Assembly (NCBI GenBank): GCA_001783805.1
Contig: MFNS01000007.1
Location: 1,594 to 65,593, forward strand
Direction: 5' to 3'
Length of the DNA stretch: 64,000 nucleotides
Source of the DNA: Candidatus Levybacteria bacterium RIFCSPHIGHO2_01_FULL_40_16
Lineage (GTDB): Bacteria > Patescibacteriota > Microgenomatia > Levybacterales > UBA12049
Shown piece by piece: positions 37,432-47,085 of this stretch (position 1 is its first letter; the number at the start of each line of letters is the position of its first letter). The notes beneath the pieces were generated by a model. It had not been told where the DNA came from. It did not search any database and was given only the letters and a program-made list of their open reading frames with translations. The position numbers and the translations under genes are program-made.

Positions 37432-39342
37432 TTAGTTGACTACTTCTCCCTCAACCGGCTTGTCCTCCGAAGCTTTAGCGGAGGAGGATTCTTCTTCCTT
37501 CTTAGCCTCGCCATCTCCGCCTGCTTGCTGACCAGGCTGCTGTCCTGGTTGCTGTTGGCTCATTGCCTGACCGACTTTTTGCAAACTGTCTGACAAATCT
37601 TTGGTTTTGGCTTCCAGATCTTCTTTCGAACCGGAATCCAAAATCTTTTTCAGCTCCGCTATTTTATCTTCAACCTCTTTTTTAAGATCTGCCTGCACTT
37701 TGTCTCCCGCATCCTTAAGGCTTTTTTCCGCTGTAAAGATTAGGGAATCTGCCATATTTCTGGCTTCAATTTTTTCTTTTTTCTCTGAATCCTCTTTGGC
37801 ATGCATTTCCGCCTCCTTGGTCATTCTTTCGACTTCATCCTTGGACAATCCGGTTGAACCGGTAATCTTGATGCTTTGTTCTTTTCCTGTAGCTTTATCT
37901 TTGGCTTTGACATTCAAAATTCCGCTCGCATCAATATCAAAAGTTACTTCAACTTGCGGAACACCACGGGGTGCCGGAGGAATTCCGTCCAGAATAAACC
38001 GCCCCAAGCTTTTATTATCCGCCGCCATTGGCCGTTCCCCTTGTAAAACATTTATTTCCACTTGAGTCTGATTATCCGCAGCCGTTGAGAAAACTTGCGA
38101 TTTGGAAGTTGGAATAGTGGTATTTTTGGAAATTAAAGGTGTAGAAACCGAACCCAAGGTTTCAATTCCCAAAGTCAAAGGCGTCACATCCAAAAGCAAA
38201 ACGTCCTTAACTTCTCCGCCCAAAACTCCTCCCTGCACAGCTGCTCCGACCGCCACGACTTCATCCGGATTAACCGATTTATTGGCTTCTTTGCCGAAGA
38301 ATTTGGTCACAGTTTCGATAACTTTGGGCATCCTGGTCATTCCTCCGACCAAAACTACTTCATCAATGTCCGTTACTTTTATTCCCGCATCCTTTAAGGC
38401 CAACTCTACCGGCTGAAGAGTTTTCTGCATCAAAGAATCAACAATCTGTTCCATTTTTGCCCGTGTCAAGGTCATGGTCAAATGCAAGGGACCATTTTTG
38501 CCCTGGGTAATAAACGGCTGATTAATTTCTGCCGAACTGGAGCTGGATAATTCGATTTTGGCTTTTTCTGCCGCTTCGCGGAGCCTTTGTAAAGCTTGCG
38601 AATCTTTTCTTAAATCCACATCGTTTTCTTTTTTGAATTCTGTAGCCAGATAATCAATGATTAATTGATCAAAATCGTCTCCGCCCAAATGCGTATCTCC
38701 ATTGGTGGATTTGACCTCGTAAACCCCTTCTCCCAATTCCAAAACTGAAATGTCGAAAGTCCCTCCGCCCAAATCATAAATGGCAATTGTGTGGGCATTT
38801 TTCTTATCCAGTCCGTAAGCCAAGGCCGCTGCAGTTGGTTCATTGATAATCCGCAAAACTTCCAGTCCGGCAATTTCTCCGGCTTGTTTGGTCGCTTGTC
38901 TTTGAGAATCATCAAAGTAGGCGGGAACCGTAATTACTGCCTGCGTAACTTTTCCGCCCAAATAATTTTCCGCATCGCCTTTGATTTTTTGTAAAATTTG
39001 CGCGGATATTTCCTGGGGAGTAAATGTGCGGCCTTCAACTTCCACAACTGCCATTCCGTCCCGGCCGGATTTAATTGTGTATGGCAACCATTTCATATCA
39101 AATTGTACCGATTTATCGGTAAATTTGCGGCCCATTAATCTTTTTATGGAAAAAATTGTCCGCTTGGGTTTGAGGACAATTTGATGTTTCGCAACATCTC
39201 CCACAACGTGGCTGATCGGATCAACCACCGACGGAATAACATTGCGTCCTTCCAACGAATGGATAACTTTGGGAGACCCTCCCTCCATTACCGCAACACA
39301 TGAATTTGTTGTACCTAAATCTATTCCAATTATTTTTCCCAT
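37432..39342 (-). CDS. dnaK: molecular chaperone DnaK (Hsp70)
   Basis: [39 protein letters not shown]. Confidence 0.97.
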   Translation of the reverse strand: MGKIIGIDLGTTNSCVAVMEGGSPKVIHSLEGRNVIPSVVDPISHVVGDVAKHQIVLKPKRTIFSIKRLMGRKFTDKSVQFDMKWLPYTIKSGRDGMAVVEVEGRTFTPQEISAQILQKIKGDAENYLGGKVTQAVITVPAYFDDSQRQATKQAGEIAGLEVLRIINEPTAAALAYGLDKKNAHTIAIYDLGGGTFDISVLELGEGVYEVKSTNGDTHLGGDDFDQLIIDYLATEFKKENDVDLRKDSQALQRLREAAEKAKIELSSSSSAEINQPFITQGKNGPLHLTMTLTRAKMEQIVDSLMQKTLQPVELALKDAGIKVTDIDEVVLVGGMTRMPKVIETVTKFFGKEANKSVNPDEVVAVGAAVQGGVLGGEVKDVLLLDVTPLTLGIETLGSVSTPLISKNTTIPTSKSQVFSTAADNQTQVEINVLQGERPMAADNKSLGRFILDGIPPAPRGVPQVEVTFDIDASGILNVKAKDKATGKEQSIKITGSTGLSKDEVERMTKEAEMHAKEDSEKKEKIEARNMADSLIFTAEKSLKDAGDKVQADLKKEVEDKIAELKKILDSGSKEDLEAKTKDLSDSLQKVGQAMSQQQPGQQPGQQAGGDGEAKKEEESSSAKASEDKPVEGEVVN

Positions 39343-39343
39343 A

Positions 39344-39847
39344 TTAATTTGTCTCCTTTTTCCCGACCGCTACTTGCGCCGGGCGTAAAACCTGATCTCC
39401 TATTTTGAATCCTGCTCTTAATTCCTCCATTACTTTGTTTTCATCTCCGGCTGCTGTCTTTATTCCCTCCATTAAATTCGGGTCGAATTCTTTTCCCTGT
39501 GTCTCAATTTTTTCGAGCCCTTCTGTTTTTAATATATCAAAGAATTTTTGAACACTCAACTTTAAACCTTCATCTTCGAGATGCTTACTTGATAAGAGCA
39601 GAAAATCTAAAGCTGGTAAAAGCCTCAAAATTAAATCTTTGTTAGCTTTTATCAACCATTCTTTTCGCTCCTGCGCAACTCTTTTTTCCAGATTTTGGTA
39701 ATCTGCAAAAATCCGTTTTACTTGATTTTCAAGATCTTCGATTTTTTGTTTTAAATGTGCAACTTCCGAATTTTCTGATTTCTGTGTTTCATTTTTTTTC
39801 TGCGCTTCAGTGTTTGCATGCTTTTTATTCTTATTGTCATTTTGCAT
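39344..39847 (-). CDS. grpE: nucleotide exchange factor GrpE
   Basis: Position between hrcA and dnaK, coiled N-terminus, C-terminal GrpE fold ([20 protein letters not shown]). Confidence 0.8.
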   Translation of the reverse strand: MQNDNKNKKHANTEAQKKNETQKSENSEVAHLKQKIEDLENQVKRIFADYQNLEKRVAQERKEWLIKANKDLILRLLPALDFLLLSSKHLEDEGLKLSVQKFFDILKTEGLEKIETQGKEFDPNLMEGIKTAAGDENKVMEELRAGFKIGDQVLRPAQVAVGKKETN

Positions 39848-39876
39848 TTTTAATTTTTAACTTTTAATTTATTATC

Positions 39877-40605
39877 TTACCAGCCTTTGGCAATTTCTTC
39901 AATTAGGTCTCCGAAATATCTAACTGTCGGAACAATCTGGGTATAGTTAAGTCGGGAAGGTCCCAAAACTCCAACTTCACCGGTTAATTGTCCCGGAGTT
40001 TTGTAATGAGTAAAAACAAATCCGTAAGGCCCTTGCATATCCGGACCTAACTCATCACCCAAAAGTACTTGCACATCTTCAGAAACTATATCTGCAAAAT
40101 ACTTCCGGGGCGCTTCAAACTCATCCATAGTTGAGAGCAGATTTTTCATCACATCAATATCAAAAAATTCTGGCATTTCCAAAATATTGGCGTATCCCGC
40201 ACAATAAACATCTCCATCCGCAGTGGTCGCGATTGCCAAAGCTTTGGTCTTGTCCGCTAAGGATTTAGTAAGTTTGCGCAAAAATTTATCTTCTTTTTCC
40301 CGGTAATCCCAGAGACTTTCTTTAACTGAAGTTTCTTCAGTCACTGATAAATCTTTTTCTTTCATGAGCTGTTTGACGTAAAATTTCATTCCGACAGGAG
40401 TCGGCACACGACCGGCTGAAGTATGAGTTTTCTTCAAATAACCTAATTTAGTGAGCTTGACCATTTCATTTCTAATAGTTGCAGGGCTGGCGCTAAGGCT
40501 GTATTTTTTTTCCAGAGTTTCCGAACCAACGGCTTCGGCTGTTTCGATGTACTCTTCAATGAGGCTTTTTAAAATTTCAACCTGACGCTGAGTTAAATCA
40601 TGCAT
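39877..40605 (-). CDS. hrcA: heat-inducible transcription repressor HrcA; true start probably MHDLTQRQVEIL at 40605 rather than 40656
   Basis: HrcA N-terminal wHTH LTQRQVEILKSLIEEYI; operon position hrcA-grpE-dnaK. Confidence 0.8.
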   Translation of the reverse strand: MHDLTQRQVEILKSLIEEYIETAEAVGSETLEKKYSLSASPATIRNEMVKLTKLGYLKKTHTSAGRVPTPVGMKFYVKQLMKEKDLSVTEETSVKESLWDYREKEDKFLRKLTKSLADKTKALAIATTADGDVYCAGYANILEMPEFFDIDVMKNLLSTMDEFEAPRKYFADIVSEDVQVLLGDELGPDMQGPYGFVFTHYKTPGQLTGEVGVLGPSRLNYTQIVPTVRYFGDLIEEIAKGW

Positions 40606-40670
40606 AATAAAAATTGTGTTAGCAGATAATATACCACGACTGCTAATTAATGTCAAGCCCCACCCATACT
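40606..40670 (-). promoter_or_regulatory. hrcA promoter (TTGACA-17-TATATT) with an overlapping CIRCE-like inverted repeat TTAGCAG-N14-CTGCTAA
   Basis: Minus strand: cTTGACAttaaTTAGCAGtcgtggTATATTatCTGCTAAcacaatttttattATG. The CIRCE core AGCA..TGCT is retained but the spacer is 14 rather than 9. Confidence 0.55.
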
Positions 40671-40673
40671 ATA

Positions 40674-40693
40674 GGTGGGGCGCCGACCCCGTC
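40674..40693 (+). repeat. GC-rich motif, copy H (ggtggggcgccgaccccgtc), upstream of the hrcA -35
   Basis: Same G-run/CGCCG/C-run family as copies A-G; quasi-palindromic. Confidence 0.55.
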
Positions 40694-40724
40694 AAAGTGC
40701 TCATCGAGGCGTATTCGAATAGAA

Positions 40725-41438
40725 TTAAAAAGCTAATCTTGCAAGATCTTTTCCTATTTCGCCTTTATACACAACTACCTGATTTAGTTTTGCTGCTTCT
40801 TTAGGATTATGTAGAAGAGAATAACAATAACCGACTTCATTTAGTTGTCTCGTTTCTTTTGACTTGAAAGCTAGATAGTTATTGCGTGAAGTAGCTACTC
40901 CATCCATAAATAAGAACTTGCGCTTCAAGAAATAGTAAATGTCATCTTCAGAAAATCCTATAGATCTCCCACAAATTATGAGAAATAAGTGTTGGAATTC
41001 TGCGATTATATCGCTTGGATGGGAATGCGTTTCACTAATTGGCTCTATTCCTTTTATCCTACCCTTCGTTAGCTCCTTTGAGATTACCCATAGAGGCACT
41101 TCGCTGTTTTTGCCTTTAACAGGCGCTTTCTGCGCGTAAAGCGCTCTTTTGTCCTCCTTAAAACCCATCATTGACCATCTCTCCACTCCATCTCTTCTCG
41201 TCAGACTTCTCATCCTATTGAAAACATTATGCATAAAACTGTTTATCTGCATTTCTTGTGGATATTCATTTTTTGACAACAGATATTCTGGTCCACGGGC
41301 AAGCGCAAGCAGATACTCTTCGAGAAGTCTAAAGTCCCATTTCTGCGGCAGGCTATATTCTTTTTGTATGGGCGGCATATTGGTAATTTCGCTCGCCTGA
41401 ATTGTCTCTCGATTAGTCATGCGCGAATTATAAAACAA
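40725..41438 (-). CDS. hypothetical protein (237 aa)
   Basis: ORF; contains an ETHSHPSD stretch, but no family could be assigned by eye. Confidence 0.4.
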   Translation of the reverse strand: MFYNSRMTNRETIQASEITNMPPIQKEYSLPQKWDFRLLEEYLLALARGPEYLLSKNEYPQEMQINSFMHNVFNRMRSLTRRDGVERWSMMGFKEDKRALYAQKAPVKGKNSEVPLWVISKELTKGRIKGIEPISETHSHPSDIIAEFQHLFLIICGRSIGFSEDDIYYFLKRKFLFMDGVATSRNNYLAFKSKETRQLNEVGYCYSLLHNPKEAAKLNQVVVYKGEIGKDLARLAF

Positions 41439-41503
41439 TATGCATGTTTACACAACAATAAAACTGCTATGGTTAAGCCTTAAACTTGTGCTAAACTGGA
41501 AGT

Positions 41504-41845
41504 ATGAATCGCAGGAAACGGCCGGTCTGGTTATTAGTTATTAGTTTTTTGTTATTGGTAGGCCTCGCCTATTTAATTATTTTCCATTCTCCTTCAGCTC
41601 AATTTGCAATTTACTCCGCCGGCTGGCGGATTTCAATTTTACCCGTTTTCTTTTTATTGTTCTTTGCTTTTCTCCTATCATTCATCACTTATCTCCTCCG
41701 CAGTCTTCGCAGAGCAGCGTTGATTGGATTATTAATAGTAATTTATCTTGTTTTCCGCATGCTGCACCTAGATAGCCCCCACTTTCCGATTCTACTTCTC
41801 GCCCTTTTCATCACCCTCGAGCTTTTCTTCAAAAAGCACATCTAG
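41504..41845 (+). CDS. hypothetical membrane protein (113 aa, 3 TM)
   Basis: ORF with hydrophobic helices. Confidence 0.4.
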   Translation: MNRRKRPVWLLVISFLLLVGLAYLIIFHSPSAQFAIYSAGWRISILPVFFLLFFAFLLSFITYLLRSLRRAALIGLLIVIYLVFRMLHLDSPHFPILLLALFITLELFFKKHI

Positions 41846-41861
41846 CTATTGCCCAATTGTG

Positions 41862-42085
41862 AGCACTGAAACAAGCGCGTTAAAAAATTGCGGAGTGAGT
41901 TGTCAGGGGAATTCCTCAGCGAGCGCAAACGAGATTGAGGAAGGGGTGAAATTACCCGACTAACGAATGAGGCAATTTTAGCGCGACTTTCACGCGAACG
42001 AGTTTTTGGTACTTTTGTCGGCACAAAAGTACAAGAAAAAAATAAAAAATTAGATCCTGAAATAAATTCAGGATGACATGGGAAA
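41862..42085 (+). ncRNA. structured intergenic repeat / candidate ncRNA, copy 2
   Basis: Near-identical to 18245-18470, with a compensatory swap in the last hairpin (atcctgaa-ataaa-ttcaggat vs attctgaa-actag-ttcagaat). It ends 20 nt before TAGAAT-6-ATG of metG. Confidence 0.55.
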
Positions 42086-42107
42086 ATTTCTCTGCTAGAA
42101 TGACCTC

Positions 42108-43583
42108 ATGAGCAAGTTTTATATTACAACCGCTATTGATTACGTTAACGACACTATTCATCTGGGGCATGCTTTTCAAAAGATTGCCGCTGATGTTTTG
42201 GCGCGCTATCACAGGATTACGCTTGGAAAAGACAATGTTTTTTTCCTAACCGGAACCGACGAATATGGACAAAAGGCTGAAAAAGCGGCCAAATTGGAAA
42301 ATATTCCTCCAAAAGAATTTGTCAAAAAGATCTCCGATTCCGACCAAAAAGAACAAGACTCTCTGAATATTTCTTACAATCGATTTATTAGAACAACCGA
42401 TCTAGACCACGCAGAAGTTGTTAAAGAAATTTGGAATAGGGTGCAAAAAAACGGTGATGTCTATTCCGGAGAATATCAAGGCTCATATTGCGAAGGTTGC
42501 GAAGCTTATTATGTAAAAGAGGATTTGATCAAGGGAAAATGTCCCGTCCATCCAACGCTGGAAATAAAAATAGTTAAAGAGCAAAATTATTTTTTCAAAT
42601 GGTCCAAATATAAAGATTTTCTGATCGATCACATCAAGAAAAATCCTGATTTTATTTACCCCGCCCACCGCGCGAAGGAAATGCTCGAATTTGCCAAAAA
42701 TATCAAAGACATTCCTATTTCCCGGAGTAATTTTACCTGGGGAATTCCCGTTCCTGCCCGCAATGCTTCGCATAGCGATGCAGGCGAGCCCGAAGATTCG
42801 AAACAGATAATTTATGTTTGGTTTGACGCTTTGGTTAATTATTTAACTGGAGTTGGATTTTTGAAAGACAAGGAATTATTTGCTAAATTTTGGCCGGCTG
42901 ACGTGCATATTTTGGGCAAAGATAATTTACGCTGGCACGCTCTTCTCTGGCCGGCAATGCTCAAATCCGCAGGCATTGAATTACCAAAAGCCATTTTGGT
43001 AAATGGATTTTTGAATATCAACGGACAAAAAATCAGTAAATCTGTTGGGAATGTTATCCGTCCGACAGATTGGGTAAAAAAATACGGAGCGGATGCTGTC
43101 CGCTATTATCTTTTGAGATACACCAATCTCACCGATGATAGCGATATTTCCGAAGAAAAATTATTGCAAGCTTACAACGCCGATTTAGCAAATGGTCTAG
43201 GAAATCTCGTCGCCCGCGTTGCCAAACTCTGCGAAAATAATAATCTCAATTTGACTAAACTTAAACAAGATAGGCCTAATCAAATATTGGAGGAGATAAA
43301 ACCCTTGCTCGAAGGTTTTAAATTAAACGATGCCCTAAGCTATGTATGGGGATCTATAAAAGGTTTAGACCAATATATAAACAGAGAAAGACCTTGGCAA
43401 AAAGAATTAATAGAAGCGAATAAAATCCTTAGTAATATTGTGATTGGCTCTGAGGCGTTAACCTCATTAAATGAAATTGCGGAAGCGCTTAAAATATTTC
43501 TTCCCGAAACTGCGGAGAAAATTGAAGGACAATTCTGCGGACCAAAAATTATTTCCGGAAAACCCCTCTTCCCGAGAATCTAG
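42108..43583 (+). CDS. metG: methionyl-tRNA synthetase (short form) carrying the 36-nt in-frame element
   Basis: HLGH (HIGH) and KISKS (KMSKS) class I motifs; WGIPVP[ARNASHSDAGEPE]DSKQIIYVWFDAL, where the canonical sequence is WG.PVPGD..K.IYVW.DA. Confidence 0.9.
   Translation: MSKFYITTAIDYVNDTIHLGHAFQKIAADVLARYHRITLGKDNVFFLTGTDEYGQKAEKAAKLENIPPKEFVKKISDSDQKEQDSLNISYNRFIRTTDLDHAEVVKEIWNRVQKNGDVYSGEYQGSYCEGCEAYYVKEDLIKGKCPVHPTLEIKIVKEQNYFFKWSKYKDFLIDHIKKNPDFIYPAHRAKEMLEFAKNIKDIPISRSNFTWGIPVPARNASHSDAGEPEDSKQIIYVWFDALVNYLTGVGFLKDKELFAKFWPADVHILGKDNLRWHALLWPAMLKSAGIELPKAILVNGFLNINGQKISKSVGNVIRPTDWVKKYGADAVRYYLLRYTNLTDDSDISEEKLLQAYNADLANGLGNLVARVAKLCENNNLNLTKLKQDRPNQILEEIKPLLEGFKLNDALSYVWGSIKGLDQYINRERPWQKELIEANKILSNIVIGSEALTSLNEIAEALKIFLPETAEKIEGQFCGPKIISGKPLFPRI
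42753..42788 (+). repeat. 36-nt in-frame hairpin element, copy 3, inside metG
   Basis: cctgcccgcaatgcttcgcatagcgatgcaggcgag; 33/36 identical to the alaS copy. Confidence 0.8.
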
Positions 43584-43603
43584 ATTAAGATATAATAAAA
43601 CTT

Positions 43604-44761
43604 ATGATCGCTACCCAGTGGTTTAATAAATTTAAGAAATATGAGCTGAAAGTCCTCATCTCATCCTCAATTCTCTTGCTTATTTTTTCTTCTTTTTACT
43701 TTATAGAGTCAACAAGGTCTAGAGCTCAAGTCTTAGACCTAGCTAAAATTTTAAGCGATTTAAAAAATCAAGACCAGGTTAAAATTAACGAACAATTAAA
43801 AATTAATATTAAGAACATTCATGATGCCTACAATCAGATCATAAAACCATACGAAAGGATTCAGGATTTAAAAGCACAAAAACAAGATGTTAAAGATTTG
43901 GAAAAAACCTATGCGGGAATTCTGCAATATTTATCTGATCTGAATTATTCATCGGGCTCTGCCCTTCTGACGCAATTAAATAGCGATATTGACAAAAAAT
44001 ACAATGCGCTGGCTACAGCGCAAACGTTAACCCCCTCAACGCAAACAGCAAGTGTAAGCAATACTCCTCCGGGAAGCGGATATAGCTTTCAAGCAGTAAA
44101 AACCGAAAATGGAACTTTTAATGTGGCAATTATTGCTGCAGATTTGAATTCTACCAGAGTGATTGTTGATACGGCATCCGATTCCGATTGCGCTAATAAT
44201 TGTCCCGTAATGAGCTTGGGCGATTATGTTGCCAGATCCGGAGCATATGCCGGAATAAACGGACCGTTCTTCTGCCCTGCCGAATATCCCAGCTGTGCCG
44301 GAAAAACCAACTCTTTTGACACTCTCTTAATGAATAAAAACAAACATTATTTTAATTCCGACAACAATAAGTATAGTACCGTGCCTTTAGTTTATTTTTC
44401 GGGAAATTCCATGGGAGTTCGGGGACAGTCTTTGGAATGGGGACGGGACGCGAGCGTAGACGCGGTTGTAGCAAATTTTCCGCTTTATATTTCCGGAGGA
44501 AATAATGTATTTGGCGGAAGTTCCGATCCGAAAATCACCAGCCGCGGTGCCAGAACTTTTGTCGCAAATAAAGGAAATTTTGCTTATATCGGAATCGTTT
44601 ATAATGCAACTTCGGCAGAAGCTGCAGATGTTCTTAAAACATTGGGAATGGAGAATGCATTAGGATTGGATCAGGGAGGATCAACTGCGCTTTGGTTTGG
44701 TGGCTATAAAGCCGGTCCGGGCAGAGGTCTCCCTTCAGCCCTCCTCTTCGTCAGGAAATAG
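43604..44761 (+). CDS. phosphodiester glycosidase family protein (DUF2233/NAGPA-like), N-terminal TM
   Basis: C-terminal LGLDQGGSTALW resembles the NLDGGGSS motif of the family. Confidence 0.5.
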   Translation: MIATQWFNKFKKYELKVLISSSILLLIFSSFYFIESTRSRAQVLDLAKILSDLKNQDQVKINEQLKINIKNIHDAYNQIIKPYERIQDLKAQKQDVKDLEKTYAGILQYLSDLNYSSGSALLTQLNSDIDKKYNALATAQTLTPSTQTASVSNTPPGSGYSFQAVKTENGTFNVAIIAADLNSTRVIVDTASDSDCANNCPVMSLGDYVARSGAYAGINGPFFCPAEYPSCAGKTNSFDTLLMNKNKHYFNSDNNKYSTVPLVYFSGNSMGVRGQSLEWGRDASVDAVVANFPLYISGGNNVFGGSSDPKITSRGARTFVANKGNFAYIGIVYNATSAEAADVLKTLGMENALGLDQGGSTALWFGGYKAGPGRGLPSALLFVRK

Positions 44762-44785
44762 TTTGCTTACTGCTATAATAAATGC

Positions 44786-45580
44786 ATGGTTGATGTGCAT
44801 TGCCATTTGAATTTCCACTCCTTTGAAAAAGATTATGATCAAGTCATTAAAAACGCTTTTGCGGCTGGGGTGACGAAAATTATCAATGTGGGAACCAAAA
44901 TTGACTCCAGCGAAAAAGCCATAGATTTAGCGCAGAAATATAAAAATTTATACGCGATTGTCGGCGTTCATCCTCACCACGCAGATAAATTGGAATCTGA
45001 TTGGCTGATAAAACTTGAACAGTTGGCAAAAAAGCCAAAGGTTGTAGGAATCGGAGAAATCGGCATGGATTTTTTTAGCTATAAATCTAATGCGATTGTT
45101 AATCCCATTCTTCAAAGAAGAATTTTTATTCAACAAATTGAGTTAGCTCATAAGCTTAAATTGCCTTTGCAAATTCATAACCGCCAGGCAGGTAAAGATA
45201 TTCTAGGCATTCTTGTTAAGCATAAATCTTATCTCCTAAATCCCCCCGGCATGTTTCACTGCATTGCAGGATCCATAGACATATTGAAATCTGCTCTGCA
45301 GATGGGTTTTTATGTTGGTTTTGACGGAAATATAACTTATGATGGTTTGGCTCCGGGAGAAGACACGACTCTAAAGGACTTAGTTAAATATGCTCCGCTT
45401 GATAGGATTGTGGTTGAGACAGACAGCCCCTATTTAACGCCGGTTCCCAGGCGGGGTAGCAGAAACATGCCTGAATATGTTATAATTACAGCCAAGTTTA
45501 TAGCGGATTTAAAAGGTCTATCTTTTGAGGAAATTGAGGCTAAAACAACCGAAAACGCGATAAAACTCTTTATCCTATGA
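44786..45580 (+). CDS. tatD: TatD family metal-dependent hydrolase
   Basis: MVDVHCHLNF (HxH) N-terminus, GEIGMDF, TIM-barrel TatD blocks. Confidence 0.8.
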   Translation: MVDVHCHLNFHSFEKDYDQVIKNAFAAGVTKIINVGTKIDSSEKAIDLAQKYKNLYAIVGVHPHHADKLESDWLIKLEQLAKKPKVVGIGEIGMDFFSYKSNAIVNPILQRRIFIQQIELAHKLKLPLQIHNRQAGKDILGILVKHKSYLLNPPGMFHCIAGSIDILKSALQMGFYVGFDGNITYDGLAPGEDTTLKDLVKYAPLDRIVVETDSPYLTPVPRRGSRNMPEYVIITAKFIADLKGLSFEEIEAKTTENAIKLFIL

Positions 45581-47070
45581 CGAGCTTTTTCCAAAAAGTT
45601 TTTGCACGTTACCCGATAAAAACCAGAAGAGGTTTGGAGCTCCTTCCCGGATTTGTTTCCTGGACATTAATTCTCTTTCCTATTTGGGGCTCAATTTTGA
45701 TGCCCTATATCGTTGCGTATTTTATTTTATTTTTTGATGTTTATTGGTTTTTTAAATCATTTTCCTTAGCAATAAATGCGTACGCAGCTTCAAAAAAAAT
45801 CAAGAACGCAGAGCAAACAAATTGGCTTGCCAAACTCAAGAAATTATCTGACTATAAAAGGGTTAGACACGTTGTAATTATCCCTAATTATAAAGAAAAT
45901 CTTAACAAATTAAGGCAGACTGTCCGGTCTATAGCCTCGCAAACACTACCTACAAAACAAATCTACGTTGTCTTGGGAATGGAAGAAAGAGAAGAAGACG
46001 GAACGAGAAAAGCGCAGGCCATCATTAAAGAATTTAAAAATACCTTTGGTGATGTTTTTGCAACTTATCATCCGGATATGGCGGCGGAGGTCAAGGGAAA
46101 ATCCTCCAATGAATCATACGCCTCCAAAAAAGCATACTGTAAACTCATAAAAACAAGAATTATTAATATCAATTTCGCAACTGTATCATCTGTAGATGCG
46201 GATTCCGTTTTTGATAAACAATATTTTTCTTACCTTTCTTATGCATTTCTAACAGACAACAAAAGATACAACAAGTTCTGGCAATCGGCTAATGTAAATC
46301 ACAATAATTTCTGGACTGTTCCTGCACCAATCCGGATTATTGCTTTTTTTGGCAGTCTTTGGAGAACGGCACTTCTCGTTCAGAAAGACCGTTTGATTTC
46401 CAACTCAACCTATTCTCTATCCTTTTCTCTTCTCAAAAAAATCGGATTCTGGGATACGGACGTTATCCCCGAAGATTATCGGGTATTCTTTAAAGCTTTT
46501 TACAAACTTCAGGGTAAGGTTTGGATAGAACCGATCTTCTTAAAAACTTCTATGGATGCTCCTCTATCTTCAAATTATCTAAAAAGCCTAAAGAATAAAT
46601 ACCAGCAAGAAAGACGCTGGAGCTGGGGAACATCAGATGATCATTTGTATATAAAATGGTGGCTGACTGTCCCCAATGTTCCCTTCATGAGAAAAACAAT
46701 CATGCTCTACAATGTTCTTTTGGATCACTTCCTGTGGCCGGTCAATTGGTTCATCATCACTATTGCGGCAAACATCATTCCTTTCACAAATCCTGTTTTT
46801 CAAAGAACGACTCTTGGCTACAGTCTCCCCGGCTTGGCCGGATTCATTCTGACATCATGTCTAATTGCTTTACTGGCAATGGTAATCATTGATTTTAGAA
46901 ATCGGCCAAAAAATCCTTCCGTCTCTAAATTTAAAGAATTTCTATTTCCCTTTCAGCTTATTTTACTGCCAATCGTCGGATTCTTCCTCTCAACCCTTCC
47001 TGCTCTTATCTCTCATACTCAATTAATCAGAGGGAAAAGATTAGAATATAAAGTGACGGAAAAAATATAG
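45577..47070 (+). CDS. membrane-embedded family 2 glycosyltransferase (processive, Q(Q/R)xRW type)
   Basis: DxD-like DADS, QQERRWSWG motif, TM helices flanking the GT-A domain. Confidence 0.65.
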   Translation: MTSFFQKVFARYPIKTRRGLELLPGFVSWTLILFPIWGSILMPYIVAYFILFFDVYWFFKSFSLAINAYAASKKIKNAEQTNWLAKLKKLSDYKRVRHVVIIPNYKENLNKLRQTVRSIASQTLPTKQIYVVLGMEEREEDGTRKAQAIIKEFKNTFGDVFATYHPDMAAEVKGKSSNESYASKKAYCKLIKTRIININFATVSSVDADSVFDKQYFSYLSYAFLTDNKRYNKFWQSANVNHNNFWTVPAPIRIIAFFGSLWRTALLVQKDRLISNSTYSLSFSLLKKIGFWDTDVIPEDYRVFFKAFYKLQGKVWIEPIFLKTSMDAPLSSNYLKSLKNKYQQERRWSWGTSDDHLYIKWWLTVPNVPFMRKTIMLYNVLLDHFLWPVNWFIITIAANIIPFTNPVFQRTTLGYSLPGLAGFILTSCLIALLAMVIIDFRNRPKNPSVSKFKEFLFPFQLILLPIVGFFLSTLPALISHTQLIRGKRLEYKVTEKI

Positions 47071-47085
47071 TTCATAGCGCGTGAT

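Noticed and set aside
40725-41438. JAMM/MPN metalloprotease assignment for the 237-aa protein based on HSHPSD
   Set aside because: The spacing does not fit H-x-H-x7-S-x2-D and no upstream Glu motif was identified. It is left as hypothetical.
41862-42107. Repeat copy upstream of metG as a T-box or SAM riboswitch leader
   Set aside because: The same element occurs upstream of an unrelated gene and in a gene-less context. There is no T-box consensus (AAUUAGGGUGGNACCGCG) and no SAM-I core. It ends in a leaderless promoter rather than a terminator/antiterminator.
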